64,000 nucleotides of DNA from Octopus sinensis (GCF_006345805.1 NC_042998.1:103788001-103852000); one strand, 5' to 3'; positions 26,831-40,349 are shown, counted from the first letter of the stretch. Translations and numbers: made by a program. The notes: generated by a model not told the origin, from the sequence alone.

Positions 26831-27021
26831 ATGAATTCAGAACGTAAAGAGCCGTAACGTATATCACAATGCATTCTACTGCATCTGTAATCAGCTCACC
26901 GTAATCATTTCTTTTTTAGCCACAAAGTCAAGGGATGAAAATATATTATATGTAGGAATTATGAAACATTGCATATTTTTACAATATAATCAAGTACCAG
27001 AAATCAGCTGCTTTTACTTAC

Positions 27022-27098
27022 AAAAGGAAGGCGATAGGCCGATCTTCATTATCAATACTCAAAAACTGAACGACTGCATGTAGATTGGTTTTGTTGCT
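27022..27098 (-). CDS. Candidate internal exon of an unidentified gene
   Basis: Acceptor ataattcttgttgcgcctag and donor tt|gtaagt. Open frame SNKTNLHAVVQFLSIDNEDRPIAFL. Lies in a cluster of five GTRAG donors within ~750 bp. Confidence 0.35.
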
Positions 27099-28342
27099 CT
27101 AGGCGCAACAAGAATTATGGCTGATGGTGCTTTTGCGCTTGAAGTATTCATTCTGAACCGTCACCCACACCAGGAAATAATCCTCGGGGTAATATCAGTA
27201 TTGTAGTATTAAGGTTGGGTGGCTTACTTTCCCTGGAGATATTTTGAACATCATGTACTATGAGTATGTTAGCATCATCAACACTTGCCCGAAGAAGTAA
27301 AGTTAAATGTTCAAAGAATGAACTAGGCACTTACCAAATTTTGGGAGCAAGTGTTAGTAGTGCTTATATACAATAACACTTATTCCACTTCATTGCAGAT
27401 CATTTGATTGTGATGCTTTCTAGAGCATACTGAAGCCACCAAGATCTACTCTCGCTTCCGCGTGACGAATTCTTACATCTTCCGGGATGAAGAAACAGTG
27501 TATTGTGTATTTAAACCGCTATCTCTAGCCGTTTTCTTAAGCTCATTTAGAAGGTTTATACCTTCTGAGATGGCATTTACCGACAACGGTAGTATTAGCA
27601 TAATCTGCGTGTTATTTATGTGGTTAGGTATCACGGGAAGGCAAATTTCGTCACAATACAAATGAGAATGAGATATTAGTTTTGTCAATGAAGGTGCAAA
27701 GACAGCCAAGGCTGATGACAAATAGGAATCGTACTAGTGTCTCACCTTGCAAGATGCCTTCATTATATTAGTGTATAAAAGTGCATGTCTACTTGTGTAT
27801 TTCCAAGAAACTAGTTAGAAATTTATAAGTAGGTTGCTGAAATTTTGCACAGGAATACACTTACAGGAAATCACAGGTTATGTGGCTTTTTCTGATTACT
27901 TATCTTTTATAGCTATACGAAGGGAAAAAAGTACTGAGAATATTTTATAACCAAAACATTGCACTGAACAGGAGAAAACATTACTGATTCGCAAAATAAT
28001 CTATGTCGAATAATAATGCAAATTAGTACAGTAATTTGAATAAATAATACCTGATTTCCGAGAAAATATACACTTTTAGAGGTAAAATATATTAATTTCT
28101 GGTTAGTTGATATTTTTGCATATTTACCGGGTTAAACTTGAACTGTATTTGAAGGGGCTTCAATGTAACAGTTCTAAGTGAATCTACATTCGCGGGCAAA
28201 CGAACAGAAGATTTTAGCATCATATTGATGCAGTTAGTTCCAAATACAGGGATTTCATGGAAAGGTATATATTATAGATAATAATAAATTATAAAATCAG
28301 AGAACGTTTGTTTATGTGTGTATTATACACACACACACACAC

Positions 28343-28395
<53 letters not shown>

Positions 28396-28524
28396 ATAAA
28401 TTCTAACAACTTACTTCGAATTTCGAAATTAGCTTAATAGAGCGTCATGGTGGTTATTTTTATTTAATAGTTCATTTTTATTATGTTTGCTAAAAGTATA
28501 TTTATGTATGTAGACATATATATA

Positions 28525-28583
<59 letters not shown>

Positions 28584-29182
28584 ATATATATAGATATTAT
28601 ATATATATATATATGTATATATACATACCTACATTTATCTACTTTATTATTTATTTATTTATATATACTTACACACACGCGTGCATATATATATATATAT
28701 ATACATAACTTTGGAACACAAGTAGGTTAAATGTTCACCACGGCTGTTCTAAACGCATTTTTTAATTGATGAGGTTTTCGATTACATAACGATAAAACTG
28801 TTTTCTGCAAGTGAGTAAACTTTAACTCGGTGAAAAATATACCCAAAAATGTGGATTGATCTTCAGAGTTAGGTATCACTAAAGAGAGTGAAAACACACA
28901 CATTATGCTTTTTATTTCCTCAATCCAAACTTTTAATAACATGCAGAAAACGGTTGTTGTCATGATGTAGTCGTCCTCTTTCTCAATATAAAATTTATCT
29001 GAAACAGCTGTAGTGAATCCTTAGCCCATTTGTCTTATTATTTTAGTCAAACAACATACCTGGAACTTTCCTTATGTTGAATGTGGAACTTGCATTAGAT
29101 CTTGCATAAGTATATAGTTGCATATTTATATTTACTTATATGTATGTGTGAATATATGTGTGCATGTACATATATATATATG

Positions 29183-29372
29183 TAATTTCTCCTCTTCTCC
29201 TCTGGAAGCCATCTGCTCGCGATACCAGAGGGCGCACACTCTCCTACCCTGATGTAATCTCCAGGGATACAGATATCCAGCAACGGGACCTCCGTAATGC
29301 TATCATGGACCATGAAATCTGGCGTAACATAGTAAATTCCATTGTCTCGACCACGGTCGAACATTGATGGTG
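29183..29372 (+). mobile_element. RTE-like LINE extreme 3' end (second copy ~30960-31148)
   Basis: LLLWKPSARDTRGRTLSYPDVISRDTDIQQRDLRNAIMDHEIWRNIVNSI resembles the RTE-clade C-terminus (RGRP..W.D....D...WR), followed by a short tgatggtga tail. Confidence 0.6.
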
Positions 29373-29793
29373 ATACATGCCTATATGGGTACAGCACATC
29401 AGAAAAACTTTGGACACGAAACGAAAACATAAAAATAAAAACATAGACACGAACTTTTCTTCGAACAACGAAAAAAACAAACAGAGAAACGATACATACA
29501 GCATAAAGAATATTCCCCTTCTTCAGTTGTCCCTGTTTCATCTACTCCGCGCTCGAGGACAAGGACAATACACGACTTCATGAAACAGTCCTTCCCGCAA
29601 AGCAAATTAAATAAAATTTGAGATTCATAATAATTATTCTATCGTCTTGACTTAACAGCCATCACCGTTTGTTTTTACACTCTTGTTCTCACTGTCCTGT
29701 TCTGGTTCCATTTTCCCCTCCCCCAAAAATCCCATGATTGTATTATATGATTGAACGCCACACATCCTTTTCCAAGCAAGTGTTATCTATATA

Positions 29794-29863
<70 letters not shown>

Positions 29864-30182
29864 GATACGTATATATAAATTTACGGATCCATTTGTGTAT
29901 GGTGTATACACGTATGTTGTGATCTCGACCCTTTCCTGGTGTCCTGAATGTTAAAATAACTTGATTCAACTGAACCCTACAATGAATTATTTATATATAA
30001 TTATATATGTGTATATGCATATATGCATATCTATCTGTCCAGCTATCTACCTATCTCTTTCTCTCTCTCTCTCTCTCTCTCATACACACACTCCCCTAGT
30101 CTGTCTCTGTCTATTTGTTTGTTTCTCTCTCACTCTCTCTCTCTCTCCCTCTCTCTCTCTCTGTATATATATATATATATAG

Positions 30183-30400
30183 TGAGGAGCATGACTTAGT
30201 GAACATGATGTTGTACCCAGGAGCGTAAGAGTGTGGTTTCGATTCCTGGAACGAGTGTTAACTCGCGTTCTTGAACAAAGCACTTTATTTAATGTTTGGC
30301 ATAAATTACAATACTTGCGACAAACCGGTGTCCCTTTCAAAGTGGGGGAGGGATATGTACGCTACAGAATCTGGGAAACCAAACCTAATACTCTATATCA
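30183..30400 (+). mobile_element. Old tRNA-derived CORE-like SINE (second copy ~31959-32180)
   Basis: B-box ggtttcgattcc followed by gcgttcttgaacaaagcacttta (CORE-like motif). Confidence 0.55.
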
Positions 30401-30446
30401 CGCGGAAAGGAGATTATTCTTCATATAATATAGATTATATATATAT

Positions 30447-30490
<44 letters not shown>

Positions 30491-31568
30491 ACTTTGGAAC
30501 ACAAGTAGGTTAAATGTTCACCACGGCTGTTCTAAACGCATTTTTTAATGATGAGGTTTTCGATTACATAACGATAAAACTGTTTTCTGCAAGTGAGTAA
30601 ACTTTAACTCGGTGAAAAATATACCCAAAAATGTGGATTGATCTTCAGAGTTAGGTATCACTAAAGAGAGGGAAAACACACACATTATGCTTTTTATTTC
30701 CTCAATCCAAACTTTTAATAACATGCAGAAAACGGTTGTTGTCATGATGTAGTCGTCCTCTTCTCAATATAAAATTATCTGAAACACTGTAGTGAATCTT
30801 TAGCCCATTTGTCTTATTATTTTAGTCAACAACATACCTGGAACTTTCCTTATGTTGAATGTGGAACTTGCATTAGATCTTCCATAAGTATATAGTTGCA
30901 TATTTATATTTACTTATATGTATGTGTGAATTATGTGTGCATGTACATATATATATATGTAATTTCTCCTCTTCTCCTCTGGAAGCCATCTGCTCGCGAT
31001 ACCAGAGGGCGCACACTCTCCTACCCTGATGTAATCTCCAGGATACAGATATCCAGCAACGGGACCTCCGTAATGCTATCATGGACCATGAAATCTGGCG
31101 TAACTAGTAAATTCCATTGTCTCGACCACGGTCGAACATTGATGGTGATACATGCCTATATGGGTACAGGACATCAGAAAAACTTTGGACACGAAACGAC
31201 AACATAAAAATAAAAACATAGACACGAACTTTTCTTCGAACCAACGAAAAACAACAGAAAACGATACATACAGCATAAAGAATATTCCCCTTCTTCAGTT
31301 GTCCCTGTTTCATCTACTCCGCGCTCGAGGACAAGGACAATACACGACTTCATTGAAAAGTCCTTCCCGCAAAGCAAATTAAATAAAATTTGAGATTCAT
31401 AATATTATTTATCGTCTTGACTTAACAGCCATCACCGTTTGTTTTTACACTCTTGTTCTCACTGTCCTGTTCTGGTTCCATTTTCCCCTCCCCCAAAATC
31501 CCATGATTGTATTATATGATTGAACGCCACACATCCTTTTCCAAGCAAGTTTTATCTATATATATATG

Positions 31569-31614
<46 letters not shown>

Positions 31615-31829
31615 TTTTGTGTGTGTGTGTGTGTGTGTAAGGATACGTATATATAAATTTACGGATCCATTTGTGTATGGTGTATACACGTATGTTGTGA
31701 TCTCGACCCTTTCCTGTGTCCTGAATGTTAAAATAACTTGATTCAACTGAACCCTACAATGAATTATTTATAATTATTATATATGTGTATATGCATATAT
31801 GCATATCTATCTGTCCAGCTATCTACCTA

Positions 31830-31861
<32 letters not shown>

Positions 31862-32223
31862 ATACACCACTCCCCTAGTCTGTCTCTGTCTATTTGTTGT
31901 TTTCTCTCACTCTCTCTCTCTCTCCCTCTCTCTCTCTCTGTATATATATATATATATAGTGAGGAGCATGACTTAGTGAACATGATGTTGTACCCAGGAG
32001 CGTAAGAGTGTGGTTTCGATTCCTGGAACGAGTGTTAACTCGCGTTCTTGAACAAAGCACTTTATTTAATGTTTGGCATAAATTACAATACTTGCGACAA
32101 ACCGGTGTCCCTTTCAAAGTGGGGGAGGGATATGTACGCTACAGAATCTGGGAAACCAAACCTAATACTCTATATCACGCGGAAAGGAGATTATTCTTCA
32201 TATAATATAGATTATATATATAT

Positions 32224-32256
<33 letters not shown>

Positions 32257-32501
32257 CTATATATGTATGTAAGTATGTATGTATGCATGTATGCATGTAT
32301 GTATGTATATACCTTCGAAACGTGGAGTAGATAAAAGAGGGGACAACTGATGAAGGAAATGTTCTTTATGTTGCCTGTCTCCTTTCTCTATTTGTTTCTT
32401 TCGTTGTTCGTAAAAAAGTTTGTTTAATGTGCTTTTGTTTTTTATGTTCCCCTTTCTTATATTGTTCATGTTTTTTAACGTCCTCTACCCATATATGCAT
32501 G

Positions 32502-32535
<34 letters not shown>

Positions 32536-33218
32536 TATATATATATATGTAGGCATGTACATGTATGTGTGTATATATGCATATATATATATATATGTGT
32601 GAGTGTGTGTATGTTATAATAATAATAATAATCATAATAATAATAACAAGGATTCAGATTGAAGCAGATACCTGAAAAATATGCACTAGGTAGGGTTGAA
32701 TAATCGTGTGGTCACCATCTATGTCTCATAGATATCACATAGAATATTCCAGTTGTGTACACAGAGAAAACCAAGCATATGAGTATTTAGCACCTCAGCC
32801 ACGTTCTACTGTATTCTTTGGATATTCTTTTGTTTTTGAAATTGTGTTTCGTCTGATAATTACGGTTTTTTTGCAATGAAGTAATGCTCTTATTCTTCTA
32901 TTTAAAAAATGTGTAAGAAACAGGTGTAATGAGCTGACAATTAGCCATCGTCTGTTATTATTCATGTGATTATATATATATATATAGGGAGAACACAAAA
33001 AAGAAGACGAAGAGAAGTGGTGTAGACAATAAACAGGTGCATTAGTATAACGCTTGGGAAATGAAAAAGTCTTTAACGTCTCGAGCCTACGCTCTTTCAC
33101 AGAAAGAAACACAGAAAGAAACAAGGAGAGAAAATAACGTGTAGTAGCTAGCGATCTATCATGGCGAATCCTTCGCGTTTATATGTAAATATATAGTTTT
33201 ATATATATATATATATTA

Positions 33219-33250
<32 letters not shown>

Positions 33251-33335
33251 CTAATGTAGGATAAATTTCTTTCGAAAAAAATTTTTATCAATGACCAGCA
33301 TATTAAAAAATACCTTTAAAGGTTAAATTATAAAC

Positions 33336-33688
33336 AACTTATAAATAAGAGCAAACGAAAACATTCCTAATGCCAAATATGCCGAAAATTGGACATATTG
33401 TCCATTTACCATATAATTTTTTTCCCAGTACGCACGCTATTCATGGGTATGAGTAAGTATCTCATTTACTTCTTTGCCACATGTATCACTGACGAAGAGA
33501 GGGTTCTTTTTGAACTAACCCTGAAATCGGTCCGATATGGTAATGATGGAATTTTTTAGAGATTTCTGTCGACCTTTTTTCGAGTAGCGTGCGTACTGGG
33601 AAAAAAATTATATGGTAAATGGACAATAAGTCCAATTTTCGGCATATTTGGCATTAGGAATTTTTTCGTTTGCTCTTATTTATAAGTT
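33336..33688 (+). mobile_element. Inverted-repeat element with a hammerhead-like core in the spacer
   Basis: 104-bp arms at 33336-33439 and 33585-33688. The spacer has CTGACGA..AGGGTT-loop-AACCCT-GAAA-TCGG-TC at 33489-33532. Confidence 0.7.
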
Positions 33689-33697
33689 ATATATATA

Positions 33698-34554
33698 CAG
33701 TGGGGGGAAATAAATATTCGTACGTCAAAATTATTTATTTATTTAATTTCTAATGAACATAAATGGGATAGATTTATCTTTATGTTCATAAACAAATTTT
33801 AAACGGGCATCTCTATGCCTTTTAGTCAACAGCGGAGTTTTTCTAGGAGACCTTGATTTCAGTTCATTCCTATGAAGTTCATTGCTGATTGTTCATAGTG
33901 TAACACTAGTCCCTGAAGCTAACAAATCTTCTTCCAACTCCTTTCTGGTGATCATTGTGTTTTTTTCCGATTCTTTGCTTCATTTTTCTTAAAGATCTAG
34001 GGGAAATCTTGCGTGGTGCACCGGATCTTATTCTGTTTTCAACAGTTCCCAATGTTTTTATATCTTTGAATAAATGAAGATATGGTAGAAAATGGAATAC
34101 AAAGGGTTTCTGATATTTTCTTGTAACTTTTACCTGCTTTCCACTGTTCAATAATTAAGTTTTTCACTGAATTTGTGAGTTCTTTACTTTTCACCATTAT
34201 TACGATACTACTTTAGGTTGTCTCAATGCTGAATGAAGAAGCTAGTGTTTTGACACTTAAAAATAACAACTGATAAGATTATTGGAACAAACGAGAAAGT
34301 TCTCGTAAAAAAAATTATTTTAACAGTATTTTGTGGCATAGAAAATCATAAATTTATTCTGTACGAATACTTTTTCACCCCTAAATATTTATAGTTGTAT
34401 ATAAATTCATTAGTTACTATAATTTATTAGTTTCTTTTGCATATTCTTAGTTTATGCATGTGTATGCAAATATAGAATTGGTATATCCCATTTATGTTCA
34501 TTAGAAATTGAATAAATAAAGAATTTTGACATGTACGAATATTTATTGCCCCAC

Positions 34555-34556
<2 letters not shown>
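33698..34556 (-). mobile_element. Internally deleted Tc1-like transposon with both TIRs
   Basis: ~75-bp TIRs CAGTGGGG(G/C)..ATAAATATTCGTAC..AATTTCTAATGAACATAAATGGGATA. Frameshifted N-terminal HTH MVKSKELTNSVKNLIIEQWKAGKSYKKISETLCIPFSTISSFIQRYK..GTVENRIRSGAPRKIS. No DDE domain. Confidence 0.9.
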
Positions 34557-34593
<37 letters not shown>

Positions 34594-35636
34594 AGAGAGA
34601 GGGAGGGAGGTGTATGTATATATATATATTTATATATGTAAGTTGTGTGTTTCTATGTGCACGCCCGCGTATATGTGTGTGTACGTGTGTGTGTGTGTGT
34701 GTACGTGTGTGTGTGTGTGTGTGTGTATTTAATCGAGATACCTAATGAAAAGTTTCTTTAAGAACGTCGATTGTGAACTTAACTTTTACTGAAAGAATGT
34801 CTCCATAGTGAGAGCAGACTCAACTTTATTTTTATGTTCGTGTTGATTGAGACTTCAAGTTATGCACGCATAAAAGTCTATTAAAAATTTAAGATAGCTA
34901 CAGATAGAATGATTTTCAGAAATCTGCTCAGACACGACTAACCATGGATTAAACAAAAGAGGTAAAAATAACAATACTTGTAATATATAGTTATTCTTAA
35001 AATCTATATACGTAATTAAAAACTGACATCAGAAGTATTATATAAGATAGATTTAAAGTAGATGCATTTGAGTGCGAGACAGTTGATGGATTAAGAAAAG
35101 TAGATCGGAGCAGAGAAAGATGAGAGGGAAAGCAAGAAAGAAAGAGGGAATTATACTTGAGAATCAAGTAAGAAAGAATTTACAAACGAAATACATGGTG
35201 AGATCAAAAGAAAATGAAAGATAAGCCACACAAACATAGACACATACACACAGTCACACACACACACACACACACACCACAATCACACCCTCTCTCCCTC
35301 ACACATACATACATATATTTATACACAAACATATATATGTATACTTGTATTACGATATATATATGTATGTATATATATAATATTATATATATATATATAT
35401 ATATACGAGAGAGAAGAGAGAGACAGACAGACAGACAGACAGAGAAAGAGTGAGTGAGAAGAAAGTGTGTAACAGACTGTTATATAGATAGACTGATGAA
35501 TATATGTATTCTATTGTATGTGTATATGTGTCCATAAGTGTATATATTGTATATATTTACATATATATATATATATACATATATATGTGCCTGTGTGTAT
35601 GTATGTATACATGTATACATACCTACATACATACAG

Positions 35637-35679
<43 letters not shown>

Positions 35680-36102
35680 GGTATGTATATATATCTGTAT
35701 ATATATATATGTATGAGTGTGTGTGTGTATGTGTTATGTATATATAAGCTCGAAGGACACATAAATATACTTTTTAATGTCACAGAGATATTGACTGTAC
35801 AGAACACATGCAGACGTAATCATTGACGTTTACACATAAATGCATCGAAACAAGCTTACTCCGAAACCATTCACACACATCTAATCTATTCACATGCAAT
35901 ATTCTACTGTTACTGTCCCCCATTCGGGGATGCAGATAGATCCATATGCTGTAAAGATAAATGCGTCTGTCCGCTGACAGTCAAATCATTTATTTCCATA
36001 CTACGGTAACTTGTGTTATGGCTTGCCCTAGCTTGGTGTCTATGTGAAAACTGACAGAAAGTTGTTAAATGAAAAATAACACAGACATCCTCTTAATAAC
36101 AG

Positions 36103-36204
36103 TTATCTTCGTCAATGTGGCACGCGAACGAGTTCTATCAGCAACGGCGAAGTACGCCATCAAGAAGGAGAACCGGCCCCAGATCAAATCAACCTGGTTG
36201 TCAC
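36103..36204 (+). CDS. Candidate exon of an unidentified gene
   Basis: Acceptor ctcttaataacag. Open symmetric phase 2-2 frame YLRQCGTRTSSISNGEVRHQEGEPAPDQINLVV with a weak donor ac|gtaaaa. A second frame is also open. Confidence 0.35.
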
Positions 36205-36375
36205 GTAAAATTTAAATGGCTGCCTTGTTCTCTGGAAAATGCTTATTTCATCGAATAACTGTATAATTATAATTGCTTCTGGTATCGCCAGCTTTCATTA
36301 GTTAGCCAGGCTTAGGCAATCTCGTGCAATTTTCCGCTTTTGTGATGTGTCTGTGTTGTCATTTTTATCGCACAG

Positions 36376-36504
36376 CCGATGGAGAAGCTATCGTAATACC
36401 TTGCCTAACGAGAACAATTCTCTAAAACCAAGTCTAAAAGAGATCGCGCCAAACACACTTAATTACCCTCAAAAGCCAACGTTGATTAGGCCAAGTACAT
36501 CTGG
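36376..36504 (+). CDS. Candidate exon of an unidentified gene
   Basis: Strong acceptor ttgtcatttttatcgcacag and donor tgg|gtgagt. 129 nt with a single open frame RWRSYRNTLPNENNSLKPSLKEIAPNTLNYPQKPTLIRPSTS (phase 2-2). Confidence 0.5.
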
Positions 36505-36792
36505 GTGAGTACGTTACTATGACTGGCGTTTCTGGTCAATATAAAGTGCCAAAATGTTTGAGAAAGAAAGGATGGAGAAAAATCATGAATAAAAGAGGAA
36601 AAACAAGAGAGATGGAAGAACAGCATATCATTGTTTTCACGTGTTTAAATACCATTCTAGAAATGTTTTGTGTTTTGCATATTAGTTTTGTGTTACAAAG
36701 TAAAATAAAATCATATTTCGATCACATGATTCACTTTTCATGAACAAATCTCGTGAGTGTGTGTTCTGGGGTTAACGTGCGAGCACGCGACT

Positions 36793-36826
<34 letters not shown>

Positions 36827-37292
36827 ATGAATCGTCTTGAATGAGAAGAAAGAAATTGAAGAATTGGACGCATAACGGCAATGAGAGGCGGTAGCAGAAC
36901 CCAAGAAGGCAATTAGAATATGCAGTGATTAATGAAGAGACGAATTATAAGAAAGGTATGTATAAATTAAGACAGACATGAAAGATTTACAGTATGAAAA
37001 CCTCACGAAATATTCATATGTAAATAAAAGGAGTGAGAAAGGAGAAGATTAAAAGGGGAGATAAATGTAATGAGATTGCTGGACGGTATTTCTACCATTC
37101 GACTGAAAAATCAATACTGATGCCGTAGATACAAAGAATAAAGAATTATATGTCATAGAGTAATGCTGACATTTGAGTAAAATTATAAACATTAGGATTC
37201 TGTATTACTATCTTTATATCATTTACCTTTTTGCCCAGGTCACAACACACGCTCACGGACACACGTATTTTGCATATATATGTGTATATATG

Positions 37293-37352
<60 letters not shown>

Positions 37353-37511
37353 ATTATATATATATTACATATATTATATATATATATATATATTATATAT
37401 ATATATATGTGTGTGTGTTGTGTGTGTGTGTGTATATGTATGTATATATTTATAAACATACATATAACTACAATACGTGTATATATATATATATATAATA
37501 ATATATATATC

Positions 37512-37545
<34 letters not shown>

Positions 37546-37722
37546 TATATATATATATATATATTATATATATATAATGAATGATATATGCCGCGCACAA
37601 GCCACGATTTTCTATGCAAGTAGCCGATTTCCAGAAATAGCAGCCAATTCTCTCAATGCATACAGCCTGTCAAAGAAAAAGAAAACTAGGGCAACACAAA
37701 CACATATACACTCACACATATC

Positions 37723-37799
<77 letters not shown>

Positions 37800-39674
37800 T
37801 ATGTAATATCAAGTTCGATGTGGATAAAGTAATAGGTACATAAAATTAGTGCACAAGGTTGACTAGAAGACTAAAATGAATTTATTTCAGCAAGGATAGT
37901 AATTTTCTAGGCCCAACTGTATCACTATGGAATGCTATATTTAAAGGCTAACAATCGCACTTAGCAAACATCTTTCAAGGAACATATTTCACGAGTAATA
38001 TCTTCCTGGTTCCTTAATTTACTCACGAATTTATTAAAGATATGAATAAGATGTTTACGATGCACCAATCACAAGATTCACGATGTGTGTGTTGTGCGTA
38101 TGTGTGAGTGTGTCTGTGTATATGTGTGTGTATATATGTATACATACTTACATACATACTAAATTACCTACTTAAAATTATAAAATCAGTTTTGATCACT
38201 TGATCAAATAAACAAGCAAACTTCCATTTTTTGTGTGTTTAAATTTCATTTCTTCATGCCAATGCGACCACTGTCAATCAAACAACCCGTTTAACCAAAA
38301 AGTTAATCTTACCATAACTTAATCGCATTCTAAAGAGAATTAAATTCCTTGTAAACTTGAAACATTCCTTGAAGCAGCTAAAATGCTTGCATTCAACCGC
38401 TATTCAAAATTCTGTATAACATTGCTCTTTGATGCGTAATTAACAATTATATTTTAGATCTTTCTTTTACATATATCATTTTTTTTTACTTCATCTCACC
38501 GTGTAAATCTTTGGCCATCTTAGGAAAACGAATCGGACACTACATTCACATACTTAACTGGTCATGTCAGAGAAATAATCACTGTGATGATAGATTAACT
38601 TTTACGTCTGTCAGTAAATCACACATAAACATATTTGATTCCGTCGTTCTCAAATGTTAACCTCAAAACGACTGACAGAAAAAAATGTCTTTTAAACCGC
38701 TGCTCTTTTTTATCTCTTTGGGAAGCCTACGCTTCACACCTGCCGATAATACATACAGCGTTAAAAGCTTGTGTTACACCATGACTTGAAGAGAAAGAGA
38801 AACTTAATTCTGAAGTATAGAGAGACAGAGATAAGGAGAAGATAACATGAACATTATGGAATTCTATATTAAAAGGCTGTTTTTTGTTTGAGTTCTATTA
38901 ATTTCTGTGTGACAAATATCTTGAAATACCATCCGTCTTGAAACTTAGTCGTTGTCTTTATAATGATCGCCAAACAACTATAAACTACAAACTTAAGGTA
39001 TTTACATCAACTTGTTCAAGTCAAGTACATTATTTACGAGTGATTTTCACGAAGATTTAAATTCCTATTTACTTCCATTTAACTGGCGATTAATCGTTTA
39101 TTGCTTGGTCAACTCTACTTGGGCTCTACAATCAAAGGCTTTTTGTATATTACGGAATACATTTGTATGTAGGGCGTGAACTCTAGTAGTTTTGGTTTCT
39201 ATTTCTAGTATGTCGAGCGACCACGTAAAAGCTCTTTTTTTTCTGTATCGTCCAGCGAACGATTCAGAAATTTTTTGAGAAACTAAGGCACAAAAGGTGA
39301 AAGAAAATACATGAATATTAAGCTGATCCTTGCAGCAGAATGGAATTATTTCAAATATTACCAGAAATCAAATAATAACAAGTCAAAAACCTAAATCCTC
39401 TTCTCAAATACCTTAATCAGTGATGATCCCAAGAAGATAAATTTATAAAAATTGTTATTTTCAATTGATTAAGAACTCTTCCCACAACAAAAGCTCCAGT
39501 TTATTACACAATATACTAAAATCTTCCCAATACTCTATGCATTTTATATTACAATCTTCACGTTACTCTATGCATTTTATGCAGAATGCGCCCTGGGTTT
39601 ATTTTCCCATATTCATAAATTTCACACAATATTAATGAAAGTTATGTACGTGTTTTTGATTTTCTTGATATATT

Positions 39675-39719
<45 letters not shown>

Positions 39720-39850
39720 CAGGGTGTCCCAAAAAATGTATACACATAGTGGTTCGGCAAAAGAAACGATAGAATAATAGTACTAGGCTTACAAAGAATA
39801 ACAAATTTACTATTATTTAAGGTGTGTATACATTTTTTTGGGACACCCTG
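39720..39850. mobile_element. 131-bp Tc1/mariner-type MITE
   Basis: TA|CAGGGTGTCCCAAAAAATGTATACACA ... TGTGTATACATTTTTTTGGGACACCCTG|TA. Confidence 0.9.
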
Positions 39851-39881
<31 letters not shown>

Positions 39882-39890
39882 GCATATATA

Positions 39891-39939
<49 letters not shown>

Positions 39940-39963
39940 TGTGTGTGTGTGTGTGTGTGTGCA

Positions 39964-40005
<42 letters not shown>

Positions 40006-40104
40006 CATACATACATACATACATACATACATACATACCTACATACATACATATATATAAGTATGAATATACATATACGGACACACACACACACACACAC
40101 ACGT

Positions 40105-40345
40105 GTATTACAGATTAATTGTTGCAGTCATTAGACTACGGCCATGCTTGGGTACTGCCCTGAAGAAGTTTTAATTGAATGAAACGACTCCGGTGCTTAT
40201 ATTGTTTGAAGCCTGATACTTATTCTATCGGTGTCTTTTGCCGAACCGATAAGTTACGAGGGAGTAAACACACCAACACTGGTTGTCAAGCGGCGATCAG
40301 GGACAAACACGCACGCATACACGCACAAACACACACATAGTGTCT
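40105..40345 (-). mobile_element. SINE family A, interrupted (head remnant resumes at ~41220-41250)
   Basis: Tail and body motifs stop after the (CA)n run. ggaagcaagcttcttaccacgcagccacgc follows the LINE fragment. Confidence 0.8.
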
Positions 40346-40349
40346 TCTA

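Larger units (their letters stand above)
28703..32257. repeat. Tandem duplication of a ~1.78-kb unit (28703-30485 and 30486-32257)
   Basis: Both units start acataactttggaacacaagtagg and are collinear throughout. The duplicated ORFs are visible in the ORF track. Confidence 0.95.

Noticed and set aside
32295-32356. GAAAC..CTGATGA in permuted order (related text at ~29520-29570), a possible type II hammerhead
   Set aside because: Helix II only ~3 bp, G at the cleavage position and no helix I.
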